Shown here piece after piece: positions 7,564 through 18,837 of a DNA stretch of 20,980 bases (position 1 is its first letter; each line of letters starts with the position of its first letter). The stretch spans positions 1 through 20,980 of the forward strand of contig JBBIPG010000038.1 in NCBI GenBank assembly GCA_037442925.1, in the 5' to 3' direction. Origin of the DNA: Candidatus Fraserbacteria bacterium. GTDB taxonomy: Bacteria; Bipolaricaulota; Bipolaricaulia; RBG-16-55-9. A program made the position numbers and the translations under genes. Under the pieces are notes generated by a model. It was not told the DNA's origin. It ran no database searches and worked only from the letters and a program-made list of their open reading frames with translations.

Positions 7564-8748
7564 ATGATCGTGGGGGTCGTAAGAGAGACGTTTCCGGGCG
7601 AACAGCGTGTCGCTCTGGTGCCTACCACGATTCCCGCACTGACCAAAGCCAAGCTCGAAGTCTGGGTGGAAGCCGGAGCGGGAGCCCCTGCGAGCTTTCC
7701 CGACGCGATGTATGTGGGGAAGGGCGCGCGCATCGTCAGTGACCGCAAAGAGATCTTCCGAAGTGCGGGCATCATTCTGCAAGTGCGCAGCCTAGGAGCC
7801 AATCCTCAAGCGGGTCGAGCGGACCTCGAACTCATGCAGCCGGAGCAGCACATCATCGGTTTTCTTGAACCCCTAACGGAAATCGAGGCGATGAAACAGC
7901 TGGCAGGGCGGAAAGTCACCGCCTTCGCCATGGAATTGATGCCGCGCATCACCCGCGCGCAGAGCATGGATGCGCTCTCATCTATGGCCACGATCGCGGG
8001 CTATAAGGCCGTGATCCTTGCGGCGTCAGTTCTTCCCAAGATGTTTCCCATGATGATGACCGCCGCGGGCACGATCAGCCCGGCGCGGGTGTTCGTCGTC
8101 GGTGCCGGCGTAGCTGGACTTCAAGCCATCGCCACCGCCCGCAAGATGGGAGCTCTCGTCCAAGCGTACGACATTCGTCCCGCGGTGAAAGAGCAGATTC
8201 AAAGCTTGGGGGCGAAGTTCGTGGAACTGCCGCTCGAAACGAAGAGCACGGAAGCAGCCGGTGGCTATGCGAAGGCCATGGATGAGGAATTCTATCGCCG
8301 CCAAAGGGAACTGATGGCCAAGACCGTTGCGGAAAACGATGTCGTGATCACTACGGCGGCTGTGCCGGGCAAGAAGGCACCCGTGTTGGTTACTGCCGAG
8401 ATGGTCCGAGGTATGAACCCCGGCTCGGTCATTGTGGATCTGGCTGCAGATCGCGGCGGGAACTGCGAACTGACGCGCCCCGGCGAGACGGTTATCGAGA
8501 ATTCTGTGACGATTCTGGCCCCCCTCAACGTGGCTTCCACACTCCCCACCCACGCGAGCCAAATGTATGCCAAGAACATCTCCAATTTCCTCTTGCACTT
8601 GATAAAGGACGGACAGATTCAATTGAACTTGGAAGATGAAATCACTCGCGAGACGCTCGTGACACGCGGTGGTGAGATCGTACACCCCCGCGTACGGGAG
8701 CTGGCTGGCCTGACGCCCGCGACGACCGCGGAAAGGAGCAGTCCATAA
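7564..8748 (+). CDS. pntA: NAD(P) transhydrogenase subunit alpha, part 1 (domain I)
   Basis: EQRVALVP, RAQSMDALSSM, GAGVAGLQA Rossmann motif, GGYAK, HASQMYAKN. Confidence 0.96.
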   Translation: MIVGVVRETFPGEQRVALVPTTIPALTKAKLEVWVEAGAGAPASFPDAMYVGKGARIVSDRKEIFRSAGIILQVRSLGANPQAGRADLELMQPEQHIIGFLEPLTEIEAMKQLAGRKVTAFAMELMPRITRAQSMDALSSMATIAGYKAVILAASVLPKMFPMMMTAAGTISPARVFVVGAGVAGLQAIATARKMGALVQAYDIRPAVKEQIQSLGAKFVELPLETKSTEAAGGYAKAMDEEFYRRQRELMAKTVAENDVVITTAAVPGKKAPVLVTAEMVRGMNPGSVIVDLAADRGGNCELTRPGETVIENSVTILAPLNVASTLPTHASQMYAKNISNFLLHLIKDGQIQLNLEDEITRETLVTRGGEIVHPRVRELAGLTPATTAERSSP

Positions 8749-9025
8749 TGCCAGATTTTGTGACACTATTGACCGTCTTCGTGCTCGCCATTTTCGTGGG
8801 GTTTGAAGTCATCAGCAAGGTGCCACCCATTCTGCACACGCCGCTCATGTCAGGCACCAACGCCATCCACGGGATCGTAGTGCTGGGCGGCATGCTCGTC
8901 TTGGCGACGGCCGAGGGTCTGTGGGCCACTGTATTCGGCTTCATCGCTGTAGTCTTCGGGACGATCAACGTGGTCGGCGGATTCTTCGTCACGGATCGCA
9001 TGCTGCAAATGTTCCGGAGGCGGTC

Positions 9026-9029
<4 letters not shown>
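8748..9029 (+). CDS. pntA: NAD(P) transhydrogenase subunit alpha, part 2 (membrane)
   Basis: VPPILHTPLMSGTNAIHG, INVVGGFFVTDRMLQMF. Confidence 0.96.
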
Positions 9030-10432
<1,403 letters not shown>

Positions 10433-10512
10433 GAGAACACATTCCACTTCACGATTTGTCAGTACGCAATGCCATCGAGTAGACTCTCCTTCATTAACGG
10501 ACGAAGGAGGCG

Positions 10513-10983
10513 GTGGATGTGGAACTCTTAGTGGCAGCACACATTGCGCTAGGGGAGCTGGGAATTCTCACTTTCTTCTGGCTCATCGTGGAGCTTCTGC
10601 ATGGCCCATCGGACGCGGGGGTCCTGCGAGCCAAAGGAGCTGCTTTGGCGGGAACGATGCTCTTCTTCGCGGCCTGGCTCATCGGGGGTGTGTACTACGT
10701 CGTGCAGTATGGCAGTGTCATCAAGCCAGTCATTCAGCAGGGGACCTGGCCCTGGACAGATAGCATCTTCATGGAGACGAAAGAACACATCTTTCTCTTC
10801 CTACCGTTTGTTGGCTTCGCAACGCTCGCGCAGATCTGGCAAGGAGCCGAGCGTCTCGAACGGGATGCACGGCTAAGAGGTGCCTTGTACGTCTTGGTGG
10901 GGACAACTCTGCTCTTAGGAGTTCTCATGACGGTCATGGGCTACTTCGTCAGCAGCGGCTTCCGACACGGGTTGGTCTTCTAA
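10513..10983 (+). CDS. Hypothetical membrane protein (about 4 TM)
   Basis: AAGGAGG RBS; four hydrophobic segments; loop GGVYYVVQYG..WPW..IFMETKEH. Confidence 0.8.
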   Translation: MDVELLVAAHIALGELGILTFFWLIVELLHGPSDAGVLRAKGAALAGTMLFFAAWLIGGVYYVVQYGSVIKPVIQQGTWPWTDSIFMETKEHIFLFLPFVGFATLAQIWQGAERLERDARLRGALYVLVGTTLLLGVLMTVMGYFVSSGFRHGLVF

Positions 10984-10997
10984 AGGAGGCGAATGAA

Positions 10998-11339
10998 ATG
11001 CCGAAAGAGCCTAAAGAAGAGAGAGTCTATCTCAGTATGAGTGTGCTCTCGATCGCGATCATATTGATGGTCATTAGCGTCGTGGCCCTGACCATCGTTG
11101 CTGAATTACAGCCTTCGGTGAAGGAATTCCTCCAGCAGCTTACGGGGCATCATTGGATCACAAAGGGGCTTATGGCTCTGGCCGTCTTCACGATCACATC
11201 GGGCGTGGGAGCACTCATACGCAGGAGAGAGACGCCGGACCCTGTGGGTTGGAGTTGGCTTGCCAGCGCCACAGTCCTCATCGGGATCGTCGTGCTCTTT
11301 CTCTTCTTCCTGGGCCACTATATCGCACAACGGACTTGA
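10998..11339 (+). CDS. Hypothetical membrane protein (3 TM, GHHW motif)
   Basis: AAGGAGG RBS; three hydrophobic helices; LTGHHWITKG and C-terminal GHY. Confidence 0.8.
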   Translation: MPKEPKEERVYLSMSVLSIAIILMVISVVALTIVAELQPSVKEFLQQLTGHHWITKGLMALAVFTITSGVGALIRRRETPDPVGWSWLASATVLIGIVVLFLFFLGHYIAQRT

Positions 11340-12773
11340 TCAGCGGGGATTGTCAGCCGAAGACGGAGTCAACGGCAGGCTGAAGGTGAAGGTGGTCCCC
11401 TGCTGGGGTGGGCTCTCGACCCAGACCCGCCCACCATGCGCTTCGATGAACTGCTTAGCGATGGCCAGCCCCAGCCCCGATCCGCCGCTGCCGCGTGCGC
11501 GTGATCTGTCCGCCCGCCAGAAGCGCTCGAAGACATACGGCAGATCCTGTGGAGCGATCCCAGGTCCGGTATCTGAGACGCTTACGAGCGCATCTTCGTT
11601 CTGTCGCACCAATCGCACGTGGATCTCTCCCCCATCGGGCGTGTAGCGCTGGGCGTTGCTCAAGAGATTCAGAAGTACTTGAGCAATTCGCTCCGAATCA
11701 CAGTGCGCGATCAGGGGTTCCTCCGGCACGTCGAGCACGAGTTGAATCTTTTTGTGTTGCAGCTGAGGCTTGAAGACAGCAATGACTCGTCGAATCAATC
11801 CACGTAGATCTGTGGCTTGACGCTTAAGACGCAGTTCGCCCGCTTCTGCTAAGCTCAAATCGCGTAGATCGTTGATGATCCGACTGAGCAGCTGGCTCTC
11901 TTCGTGAAGGGAAGCGATCATTTGTGGTGTAGGCTCGTAGATGCCATCGAGGACCGCTTGCAGATTCCCCTCGATGACGGTAAGGGGTGTGCGCAGCTCA
12001 TGGGCGATGTCGGCGGTCATTTGGCGGCGTAGCTGCTCCGATGTATCCAGACGCGCGGCCATGCGATTGAAGGCCGCACTCAGCTGCCCCAGCTCATCTT
12101 GCGAGTAAACGGGTAGGCGCGGCCCTGGGCCTGAATTACCCGATGCGATCTGCTCTGTGGCTCGGGCTAACTGGCGCAAGGGAACCGTCAACTGACGCAA
12201 CAGCAAGGCTCCTACGATGAGAGCGGCCAGGGCAGCGATCAGGCTCGCAATCAAGATGGAACGGCTGATGGAGTCGAGAAAGGCTTGCTCAAGTGGGTTG
12301 AAGGCATTCTCTAGAGAACCCGCCAAGAGCGTGCCTACTCGTTGAGTTGCCGTGTTGATGGGCACGCCGTTGATGAGTGCTTCTTGAGTGAGGCGCCGGC
12401 CCACAAGTTGCTGGTTTGGCGCGAGTAGTATTGTGCCATCTTCGTCGGCCAAGATGAGATTGTAATGGTAGAGGAGCATGGCGGGGTTCATCTGGTACAT
12501 CATCTCATGGCCCATGGGAGACGGCGATCCTGTCGCGCTAAAGAAGTTTTCGATTCCACGCCAGCTGCCATTGCGTGTATAATAATCTGCAAAGAGCGGT
12601 TGCAGCTCATAGGCATGAATGATCCCGCTTTGGGTACTGTAGACCTGAAAGCCCTCGCGCAGGGCGCGCTCGACCAGCCAGTAGGCAGTAGCTCCGCCTA
12701 GGAGGATCACGGCGGCAAAAGCCCCGATGAGCTTGACGCGCAGCGGGACTCGTGCATTGATTCGTGAGATCAT
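11340..12773 (-). CDS. HAMP-containing sensor histidine kinase (BaeS-like)
   Basis: Two TM helices, HAMP (DELGQLSAAFNRMA), H-box DIAHELRTPL, N-box QVLLNLLSNA, DTGPGI, GSGLGL. Confidence 0.96.
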   Translation of the reverse strand: MISRINARVPLRVKLIGAFAAVILLGGATAYWLVERALREGFQVYSTQSGIIHAYELQPLFADYYTRNGSWRGIENFFSATGSPSPMGHEMMYQMNPAMLLYHYNLILADEDGTILLAPNQQLVGRRLTQEALINGVPINTATQRVGTLLAGSLENAFNPLEQAFLDSISRSILIASLIAALAALIVGALLLRQLTVPLRQLARATEQIASGNSGPGPRLPVYSQDELGQLSAAFNRMAARLDTSEQLRRQMTADIAHELRTPLTVIEGNLQAVLDGIYEPTPQMIASLHEESQLLSRIINDLRDLSLAEAGELRLKRQATDLRGLIRRVIAVFKPQLQHKKIQLVLDVPEEPLIAHCDSERIAQVLLNLLSNAQRYTPDGGEIHVRLVRQNEDALVSVSDTGPGIAPQDLPYVFERFWRADRSRARGSGGSGLGLAIAKQFIEAHGGRVWVESPPQQGTTFTFSLPLTPSSADNPR

Positions 12774-12844
12774 GGGTGTCCTTCAAGGCGCAGTGTAAAA
12801 GATAAAGAGGGCTGAATCAAAGCGACCCAGCCCTCGGTTTCTCG

Positions 12845-13228
12845 CTATTTCTGAGTTTCGTCCTGGGGTTGCTCTGGCGTGATAGGAGCGTCGGTCTGCA
12901 TTCCTGCGCAGTGTCCCCCGCCTTCCCCCATCATGCCACCCTGCATCTGGCCCATGCCCCCACCGCCCATCATGCCGCCGTGCATTCCGCCCATGCCGCT
13001 GCCCATGCCATTCATGTTGCCCATATTGCCCGAAGGCCCCATGCTCCCACCTTGCATCATGGGGCCCATCGATCCCATCATACCGCCCTGCTGCATCATG
13101 GGACCCATGGCTCCCGACATAGGGCTGGAAGCCCCATTGGCATTGCCCGATCCCCAACTGGTGATGCCAAGCGCGACAAGCCCCAGCAAGAGTGCACCAC
13201 CGATTACGGCTAGTAATGTATTGTTCAT
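12845..13228 (-). CDS. Exported or membrane-anchored Met/Gly-rich low-complexity protein
   Basis: AAGGAG RBS; N-terminal hydrophobic helix; about 23 Met in 127 aa; MGPMMQ occurs twice. Confidence 0.8.
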   Translation of the reverse strand: MNNTLLAVIGGALLLGLVALGITSWGSGNANGASSPMSGAMGPMMQQGGMMGSMGPMMQGGSMGPSGNMGNMNGMGSGMGGMHGGMMGGGGMGQMQGGMMGEGGGHCAGMQTDAPITPEQPQDETQK

Positions 13229-13247
13229 GATTCTCTCCTTTCGAAGT

Positions 13248-13940
13248 CTAAAGCACCTTCATGTCTACAAATGGCCCGTGCCAGGTGTAATACCAGACCC
13301 AGCCTGTGTAGCCGTTTACGCTTAGCATACTGATGATCTTATCGTCCCTCATCACGAATACATCATAGAAGCCGTAGAAGGTATCTACTTCTGCACTGAC
13401 GGTAGTTCCGGGCAGATACGCATCGAGAAAGCTTTGCGCCGACTGCTTGGCCTGTTCAGCAGTGACCGGCATCTGAGTGGTGGGCACTGTCGGCCACCAG
13501 GACCAGGGCGGACCATGCATGTGTCCCCAACCCATACCGTACTTGGTGTTCCACATCGTGTTAGGTCCAGGTTCCCAGCAGACAGATCCCGTCGTGAGCT
13601 TGTCGATGAGCAGGGTGAAGGCTCCGGCTCCGGTGCTCTTCTCTTTGACAACGACGTCAAAGTGGTTCGTGAAGTCGATCACTTTGGCCGCTACTAGATC
13701 GGGGTTGCCAACGAAGGCCAGATATTGTTGTGTGGCTACTATGGCCTGATCGATCGTGAGTGGTGTAGGTGTCTGGGGGAAACCCAAGCTCCAGAGAGCC
13801 CGGCAACCCATCATCGGCCCCGGCCCTCCTTGGCTCATAGGTCCTGCGGGTCCTCCACCACCCATCTGAGCCCAAGCTGTCACACTAAGCAACAGAGTTG
13901 CTACCACCAAGGCTATGCTACGTGCTATTGTTCTCTTCAT
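13248..13940 (-). CDS. Secreted hypothetical protein with two PepSY-like repeats
   Basis: AAGGAGG RBS; signal peptide ending AWA-Q; LTIDQA..QQYL and VTAEQA..QSFL repeats; EPGPNTMWNTKYG and LSVNGYTG.VW..WHG motifs. Confidence 0.8.
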   Translation of the reverse strand: MKRTIARSIALVVATLLLSVTAWAQMGGGGPAGPMSQGGPGPMMGCRALWSLGFPQTPTPLTIDQAIVATQQYLAFVGNPDLVAAKVIDFTNHFDVVVKEKSTGAGAFTLLIDKLTTGSVCWEPGPNTMWNTKYGMGWGHMHGPPWSWWPTVPTTQMPVTAEQAKQSAQSFLDAYLPGTTVSAEVDTFYGFYDVFVMRDDKIISMLSVNGYTGWVWYYTWHGPFVDMKVL

Positions 13941-13967
13941 GACGTTACCTCCTTCTTCCGGAACCCC

Positions 13968-14023
13968 AGCGTAGCTTGCGCAAGTGGAGGATATGTGAAG
14001 GAGTTATGGAGGTTCTATGGAGA
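13968..14023 (-). promoter_or_regulatory. Four 11-bp-period direct repeats plus a -10 box (OmpR/PhoB-type activated promoter)
   Basis: + strand GTGGAGG 13984, GTGAAGG 13995, ATGGAGG 14006, ATGGAGA 14017; minus-strand TACGCT at 13968-13973. Confidence 0.7.
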
Positions 14024-14713
14024 TGCTTCGCCGCGAGAGAACTTGTAGCCCACGCCGTGAACGGTCAAGATGTATTTTGGGGTTTTCGGGTCGGCTTCGA
14101 TCTTCCTGCGCAGGTTCTTGATGTGGGTGTCGATGGTGCGCTCAAACGTGGCGTAGGTGACGTTGTAGAGCGCCTCCATCAACTGACGTCGGCTGAAGAC
14201 CCGGCCCGGTTGCTCCGCGAGTGTGGTCAAGACGTTGAACTCGATGGGCGTGAGCGGGACGATCTCTCCTCTCAAGCGAACTTCGTGGCTGTGGAGATCG
14301 CTCACGAGCTCGCCCGCTTCGATCACGCTTGGCTTGGCTATCCCTTCTGCTCTACGCAAGACGGCGCGCACGCGAGCCAGCAACTCGCGCGGGTTGAAGG
14401 GTTTTACGATGTAGTCATCCGCACCGAGTTCGAGACCCGCCACTCGATCTGCTTCTTCTGCCCGTGCCGTGAGCATGATGATCGGAGCGTTCGACTCTTT
14501 GCGAATCGACCGAGCCACGTCCATTCCGTCGATGTCCGGCAGCATGAGATCCAACACCACGAGATCAGGCTGCTCTCTCTCAAAGAGATCGAGGGCCCCC
14601 CGCCCGTCGTAGGCGGAGAGCGCTCGAAAACCCGACTTTTCTAAATACGCTCGGAGCAAGTGGACAATCTTGGGCTCATCATCTACGACCAGAATCTTCT
14701 TCACGCTCTCCAT
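14015..14713 (-). CDS. OmpR/PhoB-family response regulator
   Basis: KILVVDDE, LDLMLP, IIMLTAR, GADDYIVKPF, RTIDTHIKNLRRK, TVHGVGYKF. Start set at ATG 14713. Confidence 0.96.
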   Translation of the reverse strand: MESVKKILVVDDEPKIVHLLRAYLEKSGFRALSAYDGRGALDLFEREQPDLVVLDLMLPDIDGMDVARSIRKESNAPIIMLTARAEEADRVAGLELGADDYIVKPFNPRELLARVRAVLRRAEGIAKPSVIEAGELVSDLHSHEVRLRGEIVPLTPIEFNVLTTLAEQPGRVFSRRQLMEALYNVTYATFERTIDTHIKNLRRKIEADPKTPKYILTVHGVGYKFSRGEASP

Positions 14714-14742
14714 GTTGGATGAAAGAGAGCTTTGGGGCAAGC

Positions 14743-15525
14743 TTACGAGTAATGGCAATCTCCCGCGCATGTCGGGCCCGGTCGCTCGCAGTGCCCAAAG
14801 ACGCACGTCAGAAAGAGCTTCCAAACCAGATCAGGCACGCCTCGCTTGACCGGCAGCTTCAGTTCCCTCAGATTCTCAAACGAGAGCGGTCGTGCGTGAG
14901 CTACATAACCTCCCGTCAAGAACTCCGCGATTGACTCTCGGTGCGCTTTGGTCATCGCTTTGTCGTCCAGGAACCAGTCGATGTAACTGCGAACCTCGGT
15001 AAGCGCCTTCTCCGCCAGATCGGCCAGCGCAATCGTCTCATCGCCGATGGAGTCAATACTCTTCTTTGCCATAATGCCGAGCAGCGAGCCTGCCGCCACT
15101 CCGTTGATTTGAGGATCGAGCGGCCCCAACACTGAAAAATTCTCCATCAAGATCTCATCGGCTGCCAAGGCAATCAACGTACCACCGCTCATGGCGTAGA
15201 AGGGCACAATCGCAGTGACTTTGGCCGGATGTTGTTTGATGGCAGAGCCGATCATCTCGGCAGCCAGTTGCAGTCCACCGGGCGTGTGAATGATCATGTC
15301 TATGGGTGCTTTCTTTGGCGTTTGATGGATTTCCATGAGGACATGTTCGGTATCTTCAATGGTGATGCTCTGCTCCTCTTCCAGCCAAGGCTCCTTGCGA
15401 TGGATGAGCGTGATGGCGCGACTGCCACGTTCCTGCTCCAACTGGTCAATGATCTTCCGGCGCTGGGCTAGGATCTGCTGCCGTAACTCCTCTTTGTCCC
15501 TGGACTGTTCCTCTGCTGCAGACAT
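14743..15525 (-). CDS. SDH-family ClpP-class serine protease (DUF114-like)
   Basis: ITLIHR, IIHTPGG, PFYAMSGGTLIALAADEI, LGPLDPQI, His in AHARPL. Confidence 0.9.
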   Translation of the reverse strand: MSAAEEQSRDKEELRQQILAQRRKIIDQLEQERGSRAITLIHRKEPWLEEEQSITIEDTEHVLMEIHQTPKKAPIDMIIHTPGGLQLAAEMIGSAIKQHPAKVTAIVPFYAMSGGTLIALAADEILMENFSVLGPLDPQINGVAAGSLLGIMAKKSIDSIGDETIALADLAEKALTEVRSYIDWFLDDKAMTKAHRESIAEFLTGGYVAHARPLSFENLRELKLPVKRGVPDLVWKLFLTCVFGHCERPGPTCAGDCHYS

Positions 15526-15540
15526 GTGCTCCTTCCTTTC

Positions 15541-16374
15541 TCACTGAACGCCAAACCGGCTTGGATCGAAGCTCGGTAGAGCTGCCGGATCAAAGATCTC
15601 ATCTGGCAGATCGAGTGTGCGCTTCTCGAGGGTGGTAATCTGGGTCTCACTGTTCTCTAGCACATTCTTGATGATGAGCTTGTTCGTTTCAAGCCGGCCC
15701 TCAAACAACTGCAGATCGCTGGCTTCGAAGACCTGCTCCAGCTTGCCATCGTCGCGCACGCCCTCTTGTCGGAGCACGATGAATTCCTCTTGATCGACCC
15801 ACATCTTGCCTGTCGGGTAGTCCACATCGGCACCCGGCTTAGCCGTAAGATTCAACACGTAGGTCGGGCGCCCCAAGATCGTGTCCTCACCCGCAAGCTC
15901 TGCGGTGTAATCGTCGGAGTAATTGGAGCGACCGACGCTATCTTGCTGGATGTTGCTTCCGGCAAAACCTGTATTGCGATCCCTCTCGGAGACCAGCTCT
16001 TTCACTTGGCCGAGCGCAGGCAAGAATAAGAAGAGCTTGATCTTTTCGAGTGGGTCAACGGGATCAATGCTGAGGAAGATTGTGCCCCTCTCCAATTCGG
16101 GTTCAAGGAAGTAAGCCAGCAACCGGTCCGGTTGATCGGGTAGATTGGTCTTGGTGAAGAAGGCGAATTCTTTATCGACTTGCGTTCCATCCTTGGCCAG
16201 AATGTGGAATTGAGCAATGGTGATGCGCCCGCCGGTGCCGAACTCACCGCGCTCATCGACCTTGACCAAGATCTGATCTCCGGTAAGCGACTGCCCTTGC
16301 CCAATCATCGCCCCGAGCGCGAGCCCGACTACGACGATTGCTACGCCCATGGATTTAAGAACTCTGAGATTCAT
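15541..16374 (-). CDS. LolA-like outer-membrane lipoprotein-sorting protein
   Basis: Signal peptide; YFLEP..RGTIFL, LFLPALG, FAGSN, YVLNLTAK motifs typical of LolA-like partners of MMPL/RND genes; ATGA overlap with the upstream gene. Confidence 0.8.
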   Translation of the reverse strand: MNLRVLKSMGVAIVVVGLALGAMIGQGQSLTGDQILVKVDERGEFGTGGRITIAQFHILAKDGTQVDKEFAFFTKTNLPDQPDRLLAYFLEPELERGTIFLSIDPVDPLEKIKLFLFLPALGQVKELVSERDRNTGFAGSNIQQDSVGRSNYSDDYTAELAGEDTILGRPTYVLNLTAKPGADVDYPTGKMWVDQEEFIVLRQEGVRDDGKLEQVFEASDLQLFEGRLETNKLIIKNVLENSETQITTLEKRTLDLPDEIFDPAALPSFDPSRFGVQ

Positions 16375-18754
16375 GGTGATCCCTCCTGGATCGTTTCAGT
16401 TTGTAGATTCGCTGTCTCTTCATGTTCATTGCGAACTGCTGAAATGAGACTCGGGTCGGCTTTGACCGTCTGTGGCACTACGGCATCGCGCCGGACAGAC
16501 GCGGGCTTAAAGCTCAGCAGCAGGGCCGGGATGATTGTAAAAGTCGCCAGGGCGCTCGTGATCATGGTGAGGCTGATCAAGAGCCCGAAGTTTGATAGAC
16601 CCTTGAAACTGCTTGCGAGCAGGATCCCGAAGCCCAGCACCACCGTGAGGGTGTTGAAGAGGATGCTCTTGCCTGCGCCGCGCATCGTGCCGGCAAACGC
16701 TTGTGAGTAATCGCCCGTCTGCTTGATCTCGAGACGAAAGCGACTGATGAAGTGGATGGCAAAATCAATGCCAACGCCGATCGCGATGCTGCTAACTAAC
16801 ACCGTCGCCATGTCGAGGGGCAACCCGAAGAAGGCCATCGTCCCCAAGCCTACGAGCACGGCCAGCAATAGGGGAATCAGACTGATGAGACCCGCCACAA
16901 GCGAACCCATCAGCAAGGACACGATCGTCCCGGCGGCCAAGGTGCTGGCCGTCAAGCTCAACACTTGATTGGGAATCATCTTTTCCAGCGTCGCTACCAG
17001 GTGCGTTCGGTTCCCACACGCTCCGTCTTCACATCCGGGAAATTGCTGCGCAAATAGGCTTCTACGTTCTCGGCGAGCTTGCGGTATCGTTGGCCGCTCA
17101 CGTTGTGGAGGCGCCCCACGACTTCGCCCTTGGAGAAGTTGGTTGTCGCCAGGTTGTCGAGACTGCCACCCTGAAACGTAAAGAGCGTCAAGAGCTGAGC
17201 AGCAAGCCGTGGGTCGTCGGGCACGGTGAAGACGGCCGGATCGTCGGAGTTGAACTTCTGATTCATGGTGCGCACGACTTCCGCAATCGAGATCGCCCGA
17301 CCCACTTCCGGTTGAGCCTCCAGGTACTCTTGCAAGGCGACCAACCGCTTGAGCAGTGTGGGATCCTTAAGACCATCCGACCTTCCGGTGTCCACCTCGA
17401 TGAGCATTTCAGAGCTGCCGCCCAGCGATTCGTCGGCGATCTCCATGGCGCGAACGGCTGAGTTTTGCGGTCCCAGAAATTCGGTCGCGCTCGTCTCGGT
17501 GCGGATCTTCGGGATCTGTCCAAGAAAGAGGATCAGGACAATGAGAGCTACCCCAGTCACCGCAATGCGTCGCCGCTCGACCAAACCCGCCAAACGCAGC
17601 AACGCACGCGTTGCGAGACCTCGATCAAATTTCTCAGGGATTTTCGGCAGCGGCAGGAGCGCTAGCACGGCTGGGATCAGCGTGAGCGAGAGAATCATCT
17701 CGAAGAACATGCCCAGGGCCGTGAAGGCGCCAAAGACCCGCTGTGGCCACAGAAACGTCACCATCAACGCCAGAAAACCGGCCATCGTCGTCAAGGATGT
17801 CATCACGACTGGGCCAGTCATCTCGCGCATGGTCTGCAAGATCATCGCTCGCTTTGATCTCTTGTTCTGTGCCACGTCTTCGTAATACCTGTGGAGGACG
17901 TGAATTCCGTCCGCCACTCCCATGGCGACCAAGATGATCGGCAGCATGGTAGAGAACGGCGTGAACGGCGAGCCAACGAGCGCCATAATGCCCAGGGTCC
18001 AGACGAGCGCGATCAAGACAATGCCTAATGGAATGAGCACACCGCGTGCGCTACGCAGCGTCACATACAGAACGACGATGATCGCTAAGATGGTGAACGG
18101 CAGGAGCAAGCGCAGATCGCGATCCATCATGTCGAAGATCTCATTGTGTATGGGCGGATGCCCGATGGCCTCCACCCTTTCAGGGCCTTGGTACTCGCGA
18201 GTGATCTCAGTGACTTGGCGCGCGATCGCTGGCTTGTCGTCTCGATAGGGGTTGACCTTCACGAAGATGGCGGCGGCCCTGCCGTCTTCGGAGACGATGA
18301 TTCCACGCAGGCGGGAATCACCTAAGACCTTCTGTTTATACGCCTCTAGCTCGTCGGCCGTCTCTGGAACCTTTTCGGCAGCTGGCTCGATGATGAGTGC
18401 CTTCTTGGTGCCACGGATGACGTCCGCAGTCGTCGGCCCTTGAACATCGTCCACACCTTCTAGCTCCTCAAACCGCTGCTCCATCTCTTGGATCTTGCGC
18501 AGAGTCTCGGTGTTGAATATCGTCTCGGGGCTTTGGATCAAGACGAGGATCCACTCTTGGGAGCCGTAGGTTGCCTCCGCCCGCTCGGTCGCCTGGCGTG
18601 CTGGCTCATCCTTGTCGAGAAACTTCGAGAAATCTGTCTCGGTCTTGATCTGCGGAATGAACACGGCTAACCCCACGGTTAACGCGGCGACCAGGACAAG
18701 GGTCAGCCAGGGATGATCGATTGTCTCTTCATACAACTTGTGCATCCAGCGCAT
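16371..18754 (-). pseudogene. MMPL/RND-family transporter split by a 1-bp frameshift near 17000
   Basis: ORFs 16994-18754 (ATG 18754, AAAGGAGG RBS; MGVADGIH) and 16371-16979 (IGVGIDFAIH) are the two parts of one RND protein. One extra C joins ...VGTERT to LVATLEKMIPNQ... Confidence 0.88.
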
Positions 18755-18837
18755 GATGCCGGCCTCCTTTACGCGATCTGGCACAGCTTGAGTTCGACCC
18801 ATTGGTTCACCTGACAAGCGCCTCCGGCGAAACCCCA

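Noticed and set aside
8921..9025. N-terminal extensions given by the ORF track (pntB here; likewise 14714-14824, 18755-18838 and 20801-20854)
   Set aside because: They overlap upstream genes, promoters or operators; downstream starts fit RBS position and family N-termini better.
12879..13325. Pro/Met-rich plus-strand ORF
   Set aside because: It is the antisense shadow of the Met/Gly-rich gene, which has the RBS, signal helix and operon context.
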